Source: an uncultured cyanobacterium (GTDB lineage: Bacteria; Cyanobacteriota; Cyanobacteriia; Cyanobacteriales; Cyanobacteriaceae). From it: a DNA stretch of 64,000 nucleotides. The notes beneath the pieces were generated by a model, which made no database searches, was not told the DNA's origin, and worked only from the letters and a program-made list of their open reading frames with translations. The stretch's first letter is position 1; every line of letters starts with the position of its first letter. The translations under genes and the position numbers were made by a program. This document shows positions 1-8,500 of this stretch, piece by piece. The DNA lies in NCBI GenBank assembly GCA_963749915.1, contig CAVVOP010000008.1, positions 544,001 to 608,000 of the forward strand, written 5' to 3'.

Positions 1-2
1 TC

Positions 3-563
3 GCTTATGCCTCCTTCGCTCATCTTAATTTTGTCGTGCTAGCTGTGGCCGCAGGTACACCTTTATCAGTATTAGGAGCAATTGTACTCATGTTTGCACA
101 TGGTATCATTGTCGCCCTGCTGTTTCATCTTGTGGGGATTATCGAACAGAAAACAGGTACTCGTAATTTATCTGAGTTACATGGCTTGATGAATCCCTAT
201 CGAGGTTTACCCTTTATCGGTGGCTTAATGATTACCGCCGTGATGGCAAGTGCTGGTATTCCGGGCATGGTGGGATTTGTGGGTGAGTTTCTTTCCTTTC
301 AAGGTAGCTTTAGTATTTTCCCTATCTATACTCTGATGTGTTTAATTGCCACTAGTTTAACCGCAGTTTACTTTGTTATTCTGCTCAACCGTGTCTTTTT
401 CGGCAGAATGGATAATCAAACAGGTTATTTACCTAAAGTTCAGTCTTTTGAGCGTATTCCCGCAGTTTTACTTGCTATTGTGATTATCTTTTTTGGTTTA
501 CAACCATCCCTTTTAACTAATCTTAGCTTAAGTACCAGTAATGCCATCGCCCTCATTAAGTAA
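3..563 (+). CDS. ndhD3: NAD(P)H-quinone oxidoreductase subunit D3 (CO2-uptake NDH-1), 5' part outside the window
   Basis: NuoM/NdhD motifs (AHG..ALLF, MASAGIPG.VGFVGEF) and position directly upstream of cupA-cupS. Confidence 0.85.
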   Translation, partial: AYASFAHLNFVVLAVAAGTPLSVLGAIVLMFAHGIIVALLFHLVGIIEQKTGTRNLSELHGLMNPYRGLPFIGGLMITAVMASAGIPGMVGFVGEFLSFQGSFSIFPIYTLMCLIATSLTAVYFVILLNRVFFGRMDNQTGYLPKVQSFERIPAVLLAIVIIFFGLQPSLLTNLSLSTSNAIALIK

Positions 564-588
564 TAGGTAATAAGTAATAGGTAATAGG
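561..588 (+). repeat. Heptamer tandem repeat (TAATARG) x4
   Basis: taatagg taataag taatagg taatagg beginning at the ndhD3 stop codon. Confidence 0.8.
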
Positions 589-628
589 CGATGCCCACGA
601 AAATCTAACTACTAACTATTAATAAGAG

Positions 629-1919
629 ATGACTACTACACAGACAAAACTTCCCCCATCTAATCATCAATTTGCCGATGTGATTCATCGTTTAGAAGTT
701 GGTGGTTCAATGTTACCAGATACCCCTGAAAATTTAATGCAGATTATCGGTATTTATAAAGCCTATGCTGTGCCGATGGATTTTTATTGGCGAGATTTGT
801 TATATATTGCTGAAAGAGTTTTTATTAATCCTCTCCCTTTCTTTAAATATTTCATCTCCCAAGAATATCTTGATTTACCAAATCATTACGCTGGAGATAC
901 TGCTGATTTGAGAATTTGGCGAGGAGAAGCTACTGCCCATCCAGAGTTACTCGCCTTCATGGAAAAAGGGGAAACTACCAAAATGCCCAAATTATTTCAC
1001 CACCTGTTACACGATCGCATTAATATGGAGTTTGCTGAAGCTTGTATGCGAGCGATGTTGTGGCATGGGAGAGATATGGGTTATGGTAAATTTGACGCTT
1101 ATCTCGATAGTGATGAGTACAAAGCCAACGCCGATAAAGCGATTAAAGCCTTCTTCAACAAAAATCCCTTGATGTTGGGCTTATACAAACTCTTCCCTGA
1201 TATGTTTTTAGAACAAGTACGGCAGGCATCTTACTATAGTAATTTGGGCTTATTCTGGGAAGTAATGGCACCCGTCTTTTTTGAAATGTCGGATATTTAT
1301 GATGAAGGTGGTTTTAAAGGTGTACCCGATGCCATGAATTTCCTTGTCAATGGTATTTTTGCCATCGCAGGCAGACCAATATATCATCATGTTTATGTCG
1401 ATGGAGAATGCTATGAAATCATTCCCAAATCAAAAGGATTTACCTGGCTATATGAAGCAGCTTTACCCTATGTAGAAGCAGTTTTTTACCGTACTTCTCC
1501 TTTCCGAGGTACCAAATCTTATAACGCCCAAGCCCATCAAATACCCCGTGAGCAAAAAGACTTTCACTATGGTATCCTCTATGCTGATGTCTTCCCTGTG
1601 GGTAGTGCGGGGATTCCTCCTACTTTGTTGATGGATGATATGTTGCACTTTTTACCTGCCATATTTAGTGAAATACTATCAAAAACATTGTCGAGGAGAA
1701 GATGATATGTTAATTCAATTAGGAGTTACATTTCAGCGATCGATGTATAATGTAACATCAGCCGTAATTCAAGCATTGAGAACAGCTTTACTTTATCCCT
1801 TAGATGACGGTAATCCCAAGCATTTACTGAAAAACCGTCAATTTTTTGAGATGCAAATGGACAGATTTAAACCTAAGGAAGCCCGTTTATCAGATATTCA
1901 AAATCCTGATTATCGTTAA
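629..1919 (+). pseudogene. cupA: CO2 hydration protein CupA/ChpY, split by a +1 frameshift near 1655-1660 (real or sequencing error)
   Basis: ORF 629..1705 is CupA-like up to MLHFLP. The conserved continuation PYLVKYYQKHCRGEDDMLIQLG is in ORF 1635..1919. Removing one base gives a 429-aa frame. Confidence 0.88.
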
Positions 1920-1931
1920 ACTCATTTAGTA

Positions 1932-1957
1932 GGTGGGGTTGACGCTTCAACCCCGCC
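1932..1957 (+). terminator. GC-rich hairpin between cupA and cupS (terminator or processing/stabilising stem)
   Basis: ggtggggttga-cgct-tcaaccccgcc, an 11-bp stem with one G-U pair and no long U tract. Confidence 0.45.
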
Positions 1958-2021
1958 AACATCATCTATAACTTTAAGTTTTTACATTGATTTAATCATT
2001 AATTGAAGGAGATAATTTAAA

Positions 2022-2423
2022 ATGCCCGATATAGTAGATATTGCCGTTAGTAACGACGATTTTAAAACTTTAGTAGCCGCAGTACAAGCCGCTAACTTAG
2101 TTGAAGTTTTAAAAAGTCCAGGTCCTTTTACCGTTTTTGCACCTACGGATGTCGCTTTTGCTAAACTTCCACCGGGAACAATTACAACTTTACTGCAAAA
2201 TATTCCCCAATTAGCAAGAATTTTAAGCTATCATGTTGTACCGGGAAAATTAATGAAAGCTGATCTAGAAAAGGTTGATTCGGTTATTTCTGTGGAAGGT
2301 TCAACCATTTCCATTGATTGTTCTGATGGTTTTGAAGTTAAAAATGCAACGGTTTTAGTTGGCGATATTGAAGCCGATAATGGAGTAATTCATGTCATTG
2401 ATAATGTAATTTTAATGGGATAA
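2022..2423 (+). CDS. cupS: Fasciclin-domain protein CupS
   Basis: FAS1 motifs [10 protein letters not shown] and NGVIHVID; follows cupA. Confidence 0.88.
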   Translation: MPDIVDIAVSNDDFKTLVAAVQAANLVEVLKSPGPFTVFAPTDVAFAKLPPGTITTLLQNIPQLARILSYHVVPGKLMKADLEKVDSVISVEGSTISIDCSDGFEVKNATVLVGDIEADNGVIHVIDNVILMG

Positions 2424-2535
2424 TTGGGGCTTATTGAATGACGGTAAAACCCTTATTGGTTAAATTTTTTAGCCTCCATTTTTTAGGCAAAAATGCAAGA
2501 AAATGGAATATGTAATCCGAAATTCCTCATTTCGC

Positions 2536-3918
2536 CTACTTATTTCTAGGTGCAATTGTTTGCCCTTCATAAAATCTTTCCTCTATTTTACCCAAATATA
2601 AATACATAACTAAATTAATGATACTTACTAAAGAAGAAACCATTACAATCAACGGCGGTAAACTATTGATATATAAACTAATTAAAGGAGTTACTGACCA
2701 TAAAATTGCGGTAGCAATTAGTAAGGCTAGGCGAATTTTTTTGATATTTTTTAACGCTTCCCGACAACTACCACATATTTCCGTATGGGAATGATATCTT
2801 TCCAATAAAATTTCACGAGTAGGAGTTTTAGGAAAAAATTGATTAGGAAATAATTCAGCATTATATTTATTAACCCATTTTCTCAATTCACTAACAAACA
2901 AATCTGCTTTGGTTGCTAAATAATAAGCCTGAGCAAACTTTTCACTCCCTCCTAATTTTTCTAAAAACCGCTCTTGGGAATGTAAGAAAATTTGGTCATC
3001 TTCAAGAATATTATTTTGATTAAGATGAGAATACCAACGGGGAGTTAATTTAATAAAGAATGCCGGTAATTTAGAAGAAAATTGAAAGGGAAATAAAGCA
3101 AATAATCGACATTTACCTTTACTAATAGGTGTTGCATAAACTACCGTCATGGTGCGTCCAAATTGTTTAGAGGTCAGGTCATGCCACATTAAATTTGGGG
3201 CAATAAAAGTCGTATATTGAGTACCTAATTTACCTTTTCTTGGCCCTTCTTGCCATACCCCTTGAAAACCTTGTCTATTAGTGCTAACAACTTCTAATTC
3301 CACGGGAGAAACATTGGCACGATTACCCACCGAACCATGATGAGTATAGGGAATATGACTAGAATCTAAAACATTTTCGAGCAAAGTTAAGGCGTCATAG
3401 GGAATATCCCTAAAAGTGTTTAATATCAACCAATTTTCTTCATTTTCGGCTAAAGGTTCAATAATAGGTAAAGGGGTTAAAAATGCGTTTTCAGGATTTC
3501 CTGCATAGGCAAATAATAAACCGTGTTTGATAGCTGTAGGGTAAGATTGAACACAACTACGGGGAGATTTTTCGCCATTATTTCCTATTATTTGTTGAGG
3601 AATTAATTCACAATTTCCCTTACCTGAAAATGCCCAACCATGATAGGGACATTCTAATAACCCTTCTTCATTAATTCTACCTTCGCTGAGGGGTGCGAGC
3701 CGATGGGGACATTTATCGGCAAATACTCGCCATTCTTCCCCATTTTTATCCCACCAAATAACTAATTTTTGTTCTAATAAGGTAAAAGAATTGGGTCTAT
3801 TTTTATCTAAATCTTCTATGAAAAAAAGAGGATACCAAACTTGATCATAATTAAAATTATTTTCCTCTTTTCCGCCCACAGGTAACGATTCCAAATTGTC
3901 GATCATGCCTTGATTCAT
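2536..3918 (-). CDS. Rieske 2Fe-2S oxygenase, pheophorbide a oxygenase/Tic55-like
   Basis: CPHRLAPLSEG...CPYHGW Rieske motif, ENVLDSSH.PYTHH iron site, C-terminal CxxC plus TM helices. Start moved to the ATG at 3918 to avoid overlap with usp. Confidence 0.85.
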   Translation of the reverse strand: MNQGMIDNLESLPVGGKEENNFNYDQVWYPLFFIEDLDKNRPNSFTLLEQKLVIWWDKNGEEWRVFADKCPHRLAPLSEGRINEEGLLECPYHGWAFSGKGNCELIPQQIIGNNGEKSPRSCVQSYPTAIKHGLLFAYAGNPENAFLTPLPIIEPLAENEENWLILNTFRDIPYDALTLLENVLDSSHIPYTHHGSVGNRANVSPVELEVVSTNRQGFQGVWQEGPRKGKLGTQYTTFIAPNLMWHDLTSKQFGRTMTVVYATPISKGKCRLFALFPFQFSSKLPAFFIKLTPRWYSHLNQNNILEDDQIFLHSQERFLEKLGGSEKFAQAYYLATKADLFVSELRKWVNKYNAELFPNQFFPKTPTREILLERYHSHTEICGSCREALKNIKKIRLALLIATAILWSVTPLISLYINSLPPLIVMVSSLVSIINLVMYLYLGKIEERFYEGQTIAPRNK

Positions 3919-3940
3919 GTTAATAATTAATAATTGATAA

Positions 3941-4804
3941 TTAACGGAATAATAACACAGGAATCCTCGTACTGCGTAAAAGTTGAATAGTTGTACTACC
4001 AATAATTAAGTGGCGGATACGACTATGACCGTAAGCACCCATAATCAAGAGGTTGATGTTATTTTCGGTAATATAATTAGAGATCACTTTTTCTGATTCA
4101 CCTTGTAATAAGGAAAATTGGGGATTAAAACCAGCATTTTGCAGTTGAGATACTGCTTGATTTAACTTTTCTTGAGAAGCATTTTCTGGTCCATTTTTAG
4201 CCACTGTTAAAATATGCAATTCTAGATCTTTAACTAGAGGAATTTCCGTTAAAAATTGTAAGATTTTTTGTCCTGTAGCACTACCATCATAAGCGATTAA
4301 AACTTTATCAATAGGCTTAAATTCACGGGGAATGACGAAACAGGGTTTATGACTACTGCGCACAATTCGCTCTAAATTTGTCCCTAAATGAGTTGAGGCA
4401 AAATCGGCATTTTCACCCCTTTTTCCTAAAATAATTAAATCAGCATTACTTTCAAATTCATGAAAACAATCCACCAAAAAACCTATTTTCGAGCTTAATT
4501 TAACTTCTTCTACTCCTTGAGCTTTTAACATTTTGGAAGCAGTTTGTAAGATTAATTTTGCTTTTTTATGGTTAAGTTTAGCCTTTTCATGTTCTAAATC
4601 TACTAATTTTTGCAAAAGTTCATCAGATGCACCTAAGCCGATACTACCGCTCAAATTTCCTGTAGAAATTGCCCGTTGAGTACGAATATCAGTAACGCAT
4701 AAAACATTGATTTTCCCATCTAATTTTTTGGCTATCCATGCCGCATATTTATAGATATTTTCGGCGTAAGTTGAGCCATCAGTACAAAGTAAAATATTTT
4801 TCAT
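3941..4804 (-). CDS. Universal stress protein (two USP domains)
   Basis: ILLCTDGS, DLIILGKRG, IAYDGS and MGAYGHSRIR..IIGSTT motifs. Confidence 0.9.
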   Translation of the reverse strand: MKNILLCTDGSTYAENIYKYAAWIAKKLDGKINVLCVTDIRTQRAISTGNLSGSIGLGASDELLQKLVDLEHEKAKLNHKKAKLILQTASKMLKAQGVEEVKLSSKIGFLVDCFHEFESNADLIILGKRGENADFASTHLGTNLERIVRSSHKPCFVIPREFKPIDKVLIAYDGSATGQKILQFLTEIPLVKDLELHILTVAKNGPENASQEKLNQAVSQLQNAGFNPQFSLLQGESEKVISNYITENNINLLIMGAYGHSRIRHLIIGSTTIQLLRSTRIPVLLFR

Positions 4805-4835
4805 TGGTTTTCAGAATTAATCTTTGATAGGATAT

Positions 4836-6320
4836 TTAATGCTCCTGAGTCTGATTCAAAGCATCAGGATCCTTGTGAATTGATAATTTATCTAGTAAGG
4901 TAGCACTAGCTTCATTTACCCCTACTAACTCTACATCAGCACCATTCCGGCGGAATTTGAGAACAACTTTGTCCATGGCGGCTACAGCACCCTGATCCCA
5001 AAGATGAGCCTGGGTTAAGTCAATGGTGATCAGATCAACCATTTCCTGAAAATCAAAAGCCTCTAAAAATTCATCTACGGACACAAAGAAAATTTGACCA
5101 GCCACGTTATAGGTGCGATGAGTGCCATCACTACTGAGAATTTTATCCACAAATACCAGTTTGGCAATTTGACGGGAAAAAAAGACGGTACTCATCACAA
5201 TCCCTGTAACTACGCCAATCGCTAAGTTATGAGTCAACACGGTAATAAATACCGTCGTAATCATTACTGCGGTTTCGCTACGGGGAGTACGGGCAATGTT
5301 TTTGAGGGAAACCCAGCTAAATGTCCCTATGGATACCATAATCATTACCGCCACTAAGGCCCCCATCGGCATTTGTTTAACCCAATGTCCTAATACTAAA
5401 ATGAAGAAAAGAAGGAAAACCCCCGATGTTAAGGTTGAAAGTCTTCCTCTTCCTCCAGATTGAATATTAATTACCGATTGTCCAATCATTGCACACCCGG
5501 CCATCCCTCCAAAAAATCCAGTTACGATATTAGCAATACCTTGACCTTTTGCTTCTTGGTTTTTATTGCTGGGAGTATCGGTTAGTTCGTCCACTAAAGA
5601 AGCTGTAAGTAAAGACTCCAACAAACCGACTATGGCTAAAGTTAGGGCAGGTAGGGAAATAATCTGTAATGTCTCCAAATTCAAGGGAACTTTGGGTAGG
5701 CTAAAAATCGGGAAAGTATTTGGTAGTTCGCCCATATCCCCCACGGTGGGGACTTCTAATTTAAAGGCTATCGTTGCTATGGTCATCACGACGATGGCTA
5801 CTAAGGGAGAAGGTACGGCTTGAGTAAATCGGGGCAATATATAGATAATTGCCAAAGATACTGCGGTGATCAGATATACTGTTGGCTGTACGTTTATCAA
5901 TTGTGGCAATTGAGCCATGAAAATTAAAATTGCCAAGGCATTGACAAAGCCAATCATCACCGCACGGGGTACATATTTCATTTGGCGTCCTAATTTCAAA
6001 ACACCAAAGATGATTTGCAACACTCCTGTCAAAATCGTCGCTGCCAATAGATACTGTAAACCATGATCTTTGACCAAATGCACTAACACCAGTGCCATTG
6101 CACCTGTAGCCGCTGAAATTAAGCCCGTTCTTCCCCCCACAAATGCCGTTACTACAGCGATAATAAAAGAGGCATATAGTCCAACTTTAGGATCAACTCC
6201 GGCAATTATCGAAAAGGCGATAGCCTCGGGAATCAAGGCTAAAGCAACCACTGCACCGGCCAAAATATCTGCTTTCACATTGGAAAACCATTCCCTGTTT
6301 AGAGTAGTTGTATTTAACAT
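4836..6320 (-). CDS. SulP/SLC26-family inorganic anion transporter with STAS domain
   Basis: [30 protein letters not shown] and [12 protein letters not shown] motifs, then a C-terminal STAS-like region. Confidence 0.92.
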   Translation of the reverse strand: MLNTTTLNREWFSNVKADILAGAVVALALIPEAIAFSIIAGVDPKVGLYASFIIAVVTAFVGGRTGLISAATGAMALVLVHLVKDHGLQYLLAATILTGVLQIIFGVLKLGRQMKYVPRAVMIGFVNALAILIFMAQLPQLINVQPTVYLITAVSLAIIYILPRFTQAVPSPLVAIVVMTIATIAFKLEVPTVGDMGELPNTFPIFSLPKVPLNLETLQIISLPALTLAIVGLLESLLTASLVDELTDTPSNKNQEAKGQGIANIVTGFFGGMAGCAMIGQSVINIQSGGRGRLSTLTSGVFLLFFILVLGHWVKQMPMGALVAVMIMVSIGTFSWVSLKNIARTPRSETAVMITTVFITVLTHNLAIGVVTGIVMSTVFFSRQIAKLVFVDKILSSDGTHRTYNVAGQIFFVSVDEFLEAFDFQEMVDLITIDLTQAHLWDQGAVAAMDKVVLKFRRNGADVELVGVNEASATLLDKLSIHKDPDALNQTQEH

Positions 6321-6345
6321 TTCTCGAAATAAATTAACTAACTGG

Positions 6346-6381
6346 AAAAACCGACAAAAATATTCTGAATGTATTTACCGG
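6346..6381 (-). terminator. Putative attenuator hairpin plus U5 tract in the sulP leader
   Basis: Minus strand reads ccggtaaatacattc-a-gaatatttttgtcgg-ttttt, an imperfect stem (G-U pairs, two mismatches) followed by 5 U. Confidence 0.4.
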
Positions 6382-6394
6382 AAAAAGACAAAAA

Positions 6395-6430
6395 TTACAT
6401 TGACCTTGGCGGGGATAAAACTCTAATCAT
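6395..6430 (-). CDS. Putative 11-aa leader peptide [11 protein letters not shown] upstream of sulP
   Basis: Minus strand gagcaggtaatcaca-ATG ATT AGA GTT TTA TCC CCG CCA AGG TCA ATG TAA, with an SD-like AGGT 7 nt upstream. It ends 74 nt before the sulP ATG. Confidence 0.55.
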   Translation of the reverse strand: MIRVLSPPRSM

Positions 6431-6498
6431 TGTGATTACCTGCTCGAACTTAATAATAGGCGTAATGCTAGTGGTCTGTCAAAGCGGTTAAAAAAAGC

Positions 6499-7130
6499 AT
6501 GATGTGGAAATTATCTTGCGTTCTCGATGGGGGTTTTTCTTTGCCTGAAATCATCAATCTTTGTGAACGTCAAAATGTTAAATATGTGTTTGGATTTAGT
6601 AGTAATGAGGTGTTGACACGAAAAATAGATTATCTTTTAGATCAAGCAAGATTACAATCTGTTCGGACTCAAGAAAAAGCTCGTTTATTTGGGGATGTTT
6701 ATTATCGAGCTAAAAGTTGGGCAAAACCTCGTCGAATTGTGATGAAAGTGGAATGGTTAGAGAAGGGCGAGAATCCCCGATTTTTAGTGACTAATATTGA
6801 GATGAAACCTCAAGAACTTTATGATAATTTTTATGTACAAAGAGATGCAACTTCCGAACAAAGAATAAAGAAACTAAAGCTAGGAATGAATGCAGATCGT
6901 CTCAGTTGTCATCAATTTATGGTGAATCACTTTCGTTGATTTCTATGTCAAGCAGCCTATATTTTAATGTTAGAAATTCGTCATAGTGCAGAGGAAACAA
7001 GGTTAGAAAATGCACAAGTTTCAAGAATAAGAGAAACTCTAATAAAAATCGGGGCAAAAGTGACAGTTTCAGGGAGAAGAATTTTGGTAGAATTAGCAAA
7101 TTATTGTCCTTTTAAGGAGGAAATAAAAAT
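6499..7130 (+). mobile_element. IS1380-family transposase remnant (5'-truncated, broken near 6937)
   Basis: DGGF, SW.KPRRIV.K.E, NPRFLVTN, EQRIKKLK...DRLSCH.F..N.FR and IRETLIKIGAKV motifs spread over two ORFs. Confidence 0.85.
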
Positions 7131-7249
7131 CATAATACCGGTTTGCTCCGCTCTAAGGACTCCTAAAAAAATCTGCCCCCTAAATGCCTGAATGGTAGGT
7201 AGTACAACGACTCCGGAATCTTAGACAACGTCGAACTCGTAAACTAATG

Positions 7250-7576
7250 TTAAACCGATGATCGTGTTGCTTCATGCTCAGAATGGAACGGAGAAATTGA
7301 TGCAAGGGCTTCACTCTCTTCTCTCATAACTTGATACAGTTCCCATGTCTGCTGTAGGTTCAACCAAAACTCTGAGCTGTTACCAAAAAACGCAGAGAGT
7401 CGAAGTGCAGTGCTCGGCGTCATACCACGCTTTTTATTGATAAGCTCGTTCACACGCTGATAGGGAACATGAATTGCTTCGGCAAGCTGTCGTTGTGAAA
7501 CACCCAAAGGCTGAAGGAATTCCTTCAGCAAAATCTCTCCAGGATGTGAGGGAGCACGGTTTTTCGGGATAATCAT
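7250..7576 (-). CDS. higA: HigA-family addiction-module antitoxin (HTH)
   Basis: HPGEILLKEFL, SQRQLA, RGMTPSTALRL..FFG.S.EFWLNLQ. Confidence 0.92.
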   Translation of the reverse strand: MIIPKNRAPSHPGEILLKEFLQPLGVSQRQLAEAIHVPYQRVNELINKKRGMTPSTALRLSAFFGNSSEFWLNLQQTWELYQVMREESEALASISPFHSEHEATRSSV

Positions 7577-7623
7577 CAAAATGCCCTCTCGTGATAGTCA
7601 ACAATATCAATATCTTCGGTTTC
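7576..7623 (-). pseudogene. 3' stump of a HigB-type toxin gene
   Basis: Frame reads ETEDIDIVDYHERAF*, matching the HigB C-terminal (E/D)IVDYH motif. Its TGA overlaps the higA ATG (TGATG). Confidence 0.7.
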
Positions 7624-8253
7624 TTTTTGCAGTTGTCTCATGGGTTAGAAGATTAACTGCCAGATGACGAACCACCGCTAAATTCTCGGCACTATAACCA
7701 AGGCATCCTTTCAGGCTGTCTTCTTGAAAACCCACGTCCAGAACCCAATGAAGTTGATTTTCAATGCCCCAGTGGCTACGAACTGATTGAGCAAAACGTT
7801 GAGCATCACTTTCAATACTCATTAAATAGTATCGCTGCTCTACCGTTATTTTCCCCTTAACTCGACGTTCGGATTCTACCATCCCAATACTTTGTAACCC
7901 TTTCCTAAGGCACTGCGTAAGGTTTTTCCATCAATAGCAATTACTTGTCCTTTCGTTATGTTCGTCACTGATTCAATCCAAGAGAGAAAACATTGCTGTA
8001 ATTCATTTGGTTTTAAACGGGCAAATAGTCTCATCAATGTATCGTGAGAAGGTATTCCCTGAGGTAACTCTAAAAATGTTTCTAACCATTCTTTTTTGCC
8101 ATGGCCATAATTTTCAATTTCGACCCAGTTATTGGCACCACAAATCACGGCACAAATGGTGATTATTACTATATCAAATTGACTATTTATTTTCTCTCAT
8201 CAACCAATTTCTTTGTTTTGCTAAATTGTTAAGTTTTGTGTGCGTTTGCCCTG
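7624..8253 (-). mobile_element. ISAs1-family element remnant, internally deleted
   Basis: ICAVICGANNWVEIE, GIPSHDT, IAIDGKTLR and RSHWGIENQLHWVLDV.F.ED motifs. A terminal-repeat-like cagggcaaacgca lies at 8241-8253. Confidence 0.88.
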
Positions 8254-8500
8254 CAAGAAATGACTTTAAGGCTAAAAGCTTTTGCCTGCAAGGGTTTCAG
8301 TATCTTGTTTGTCATCGCTTTGCGACGGTGGAGATTGAGATTGAAGATGAGGAAAGCACGATCGCCAGGATGATCGAGAGCCAACGGGGACAAAGAAATC
8401 GTATGCTGGTAATGATCAGTTATTTTATTTACCTAATAATTTGGCATAATAAATTAGTATCGGGTTAAGTTTCCGTGTCTGCCACCATTTTGTTAAACTC

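Noticed and set aside
1646..1660. Programmed ribosomal frameshift in cupA
   Set aside because: It would need a +1 shift. There is only a T5 run and no stimulatory signal, and CupA is normally a single ORF.
3919..4002. Extended N-terminus of the Rieske ORF given in the ORF track
   Set aside because: It overlaps the usp 3' end; ATG 3918 is more plausible.
4836..6320. Calling the SulP gene bicA
   Set aside because: Its motifs and usp linkage fit the generic SulP-USP clade; the substrate cannot be assigned from sequence.
5566..6426. Plus-strand ORFs 5566..5823 and 6070..6426, and similar short antisense or nested ORFs inside ppk1, hemC, gatB, tldD, mreB and the transglutaminase gene
   Set aside because: They are shadow frames of well-supported genes and show no family motifs.
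8226..8468. 80-aa plus-strand ORF
   Set aside because: It spans an IS end and intergenic DNA with no recognisable motif.
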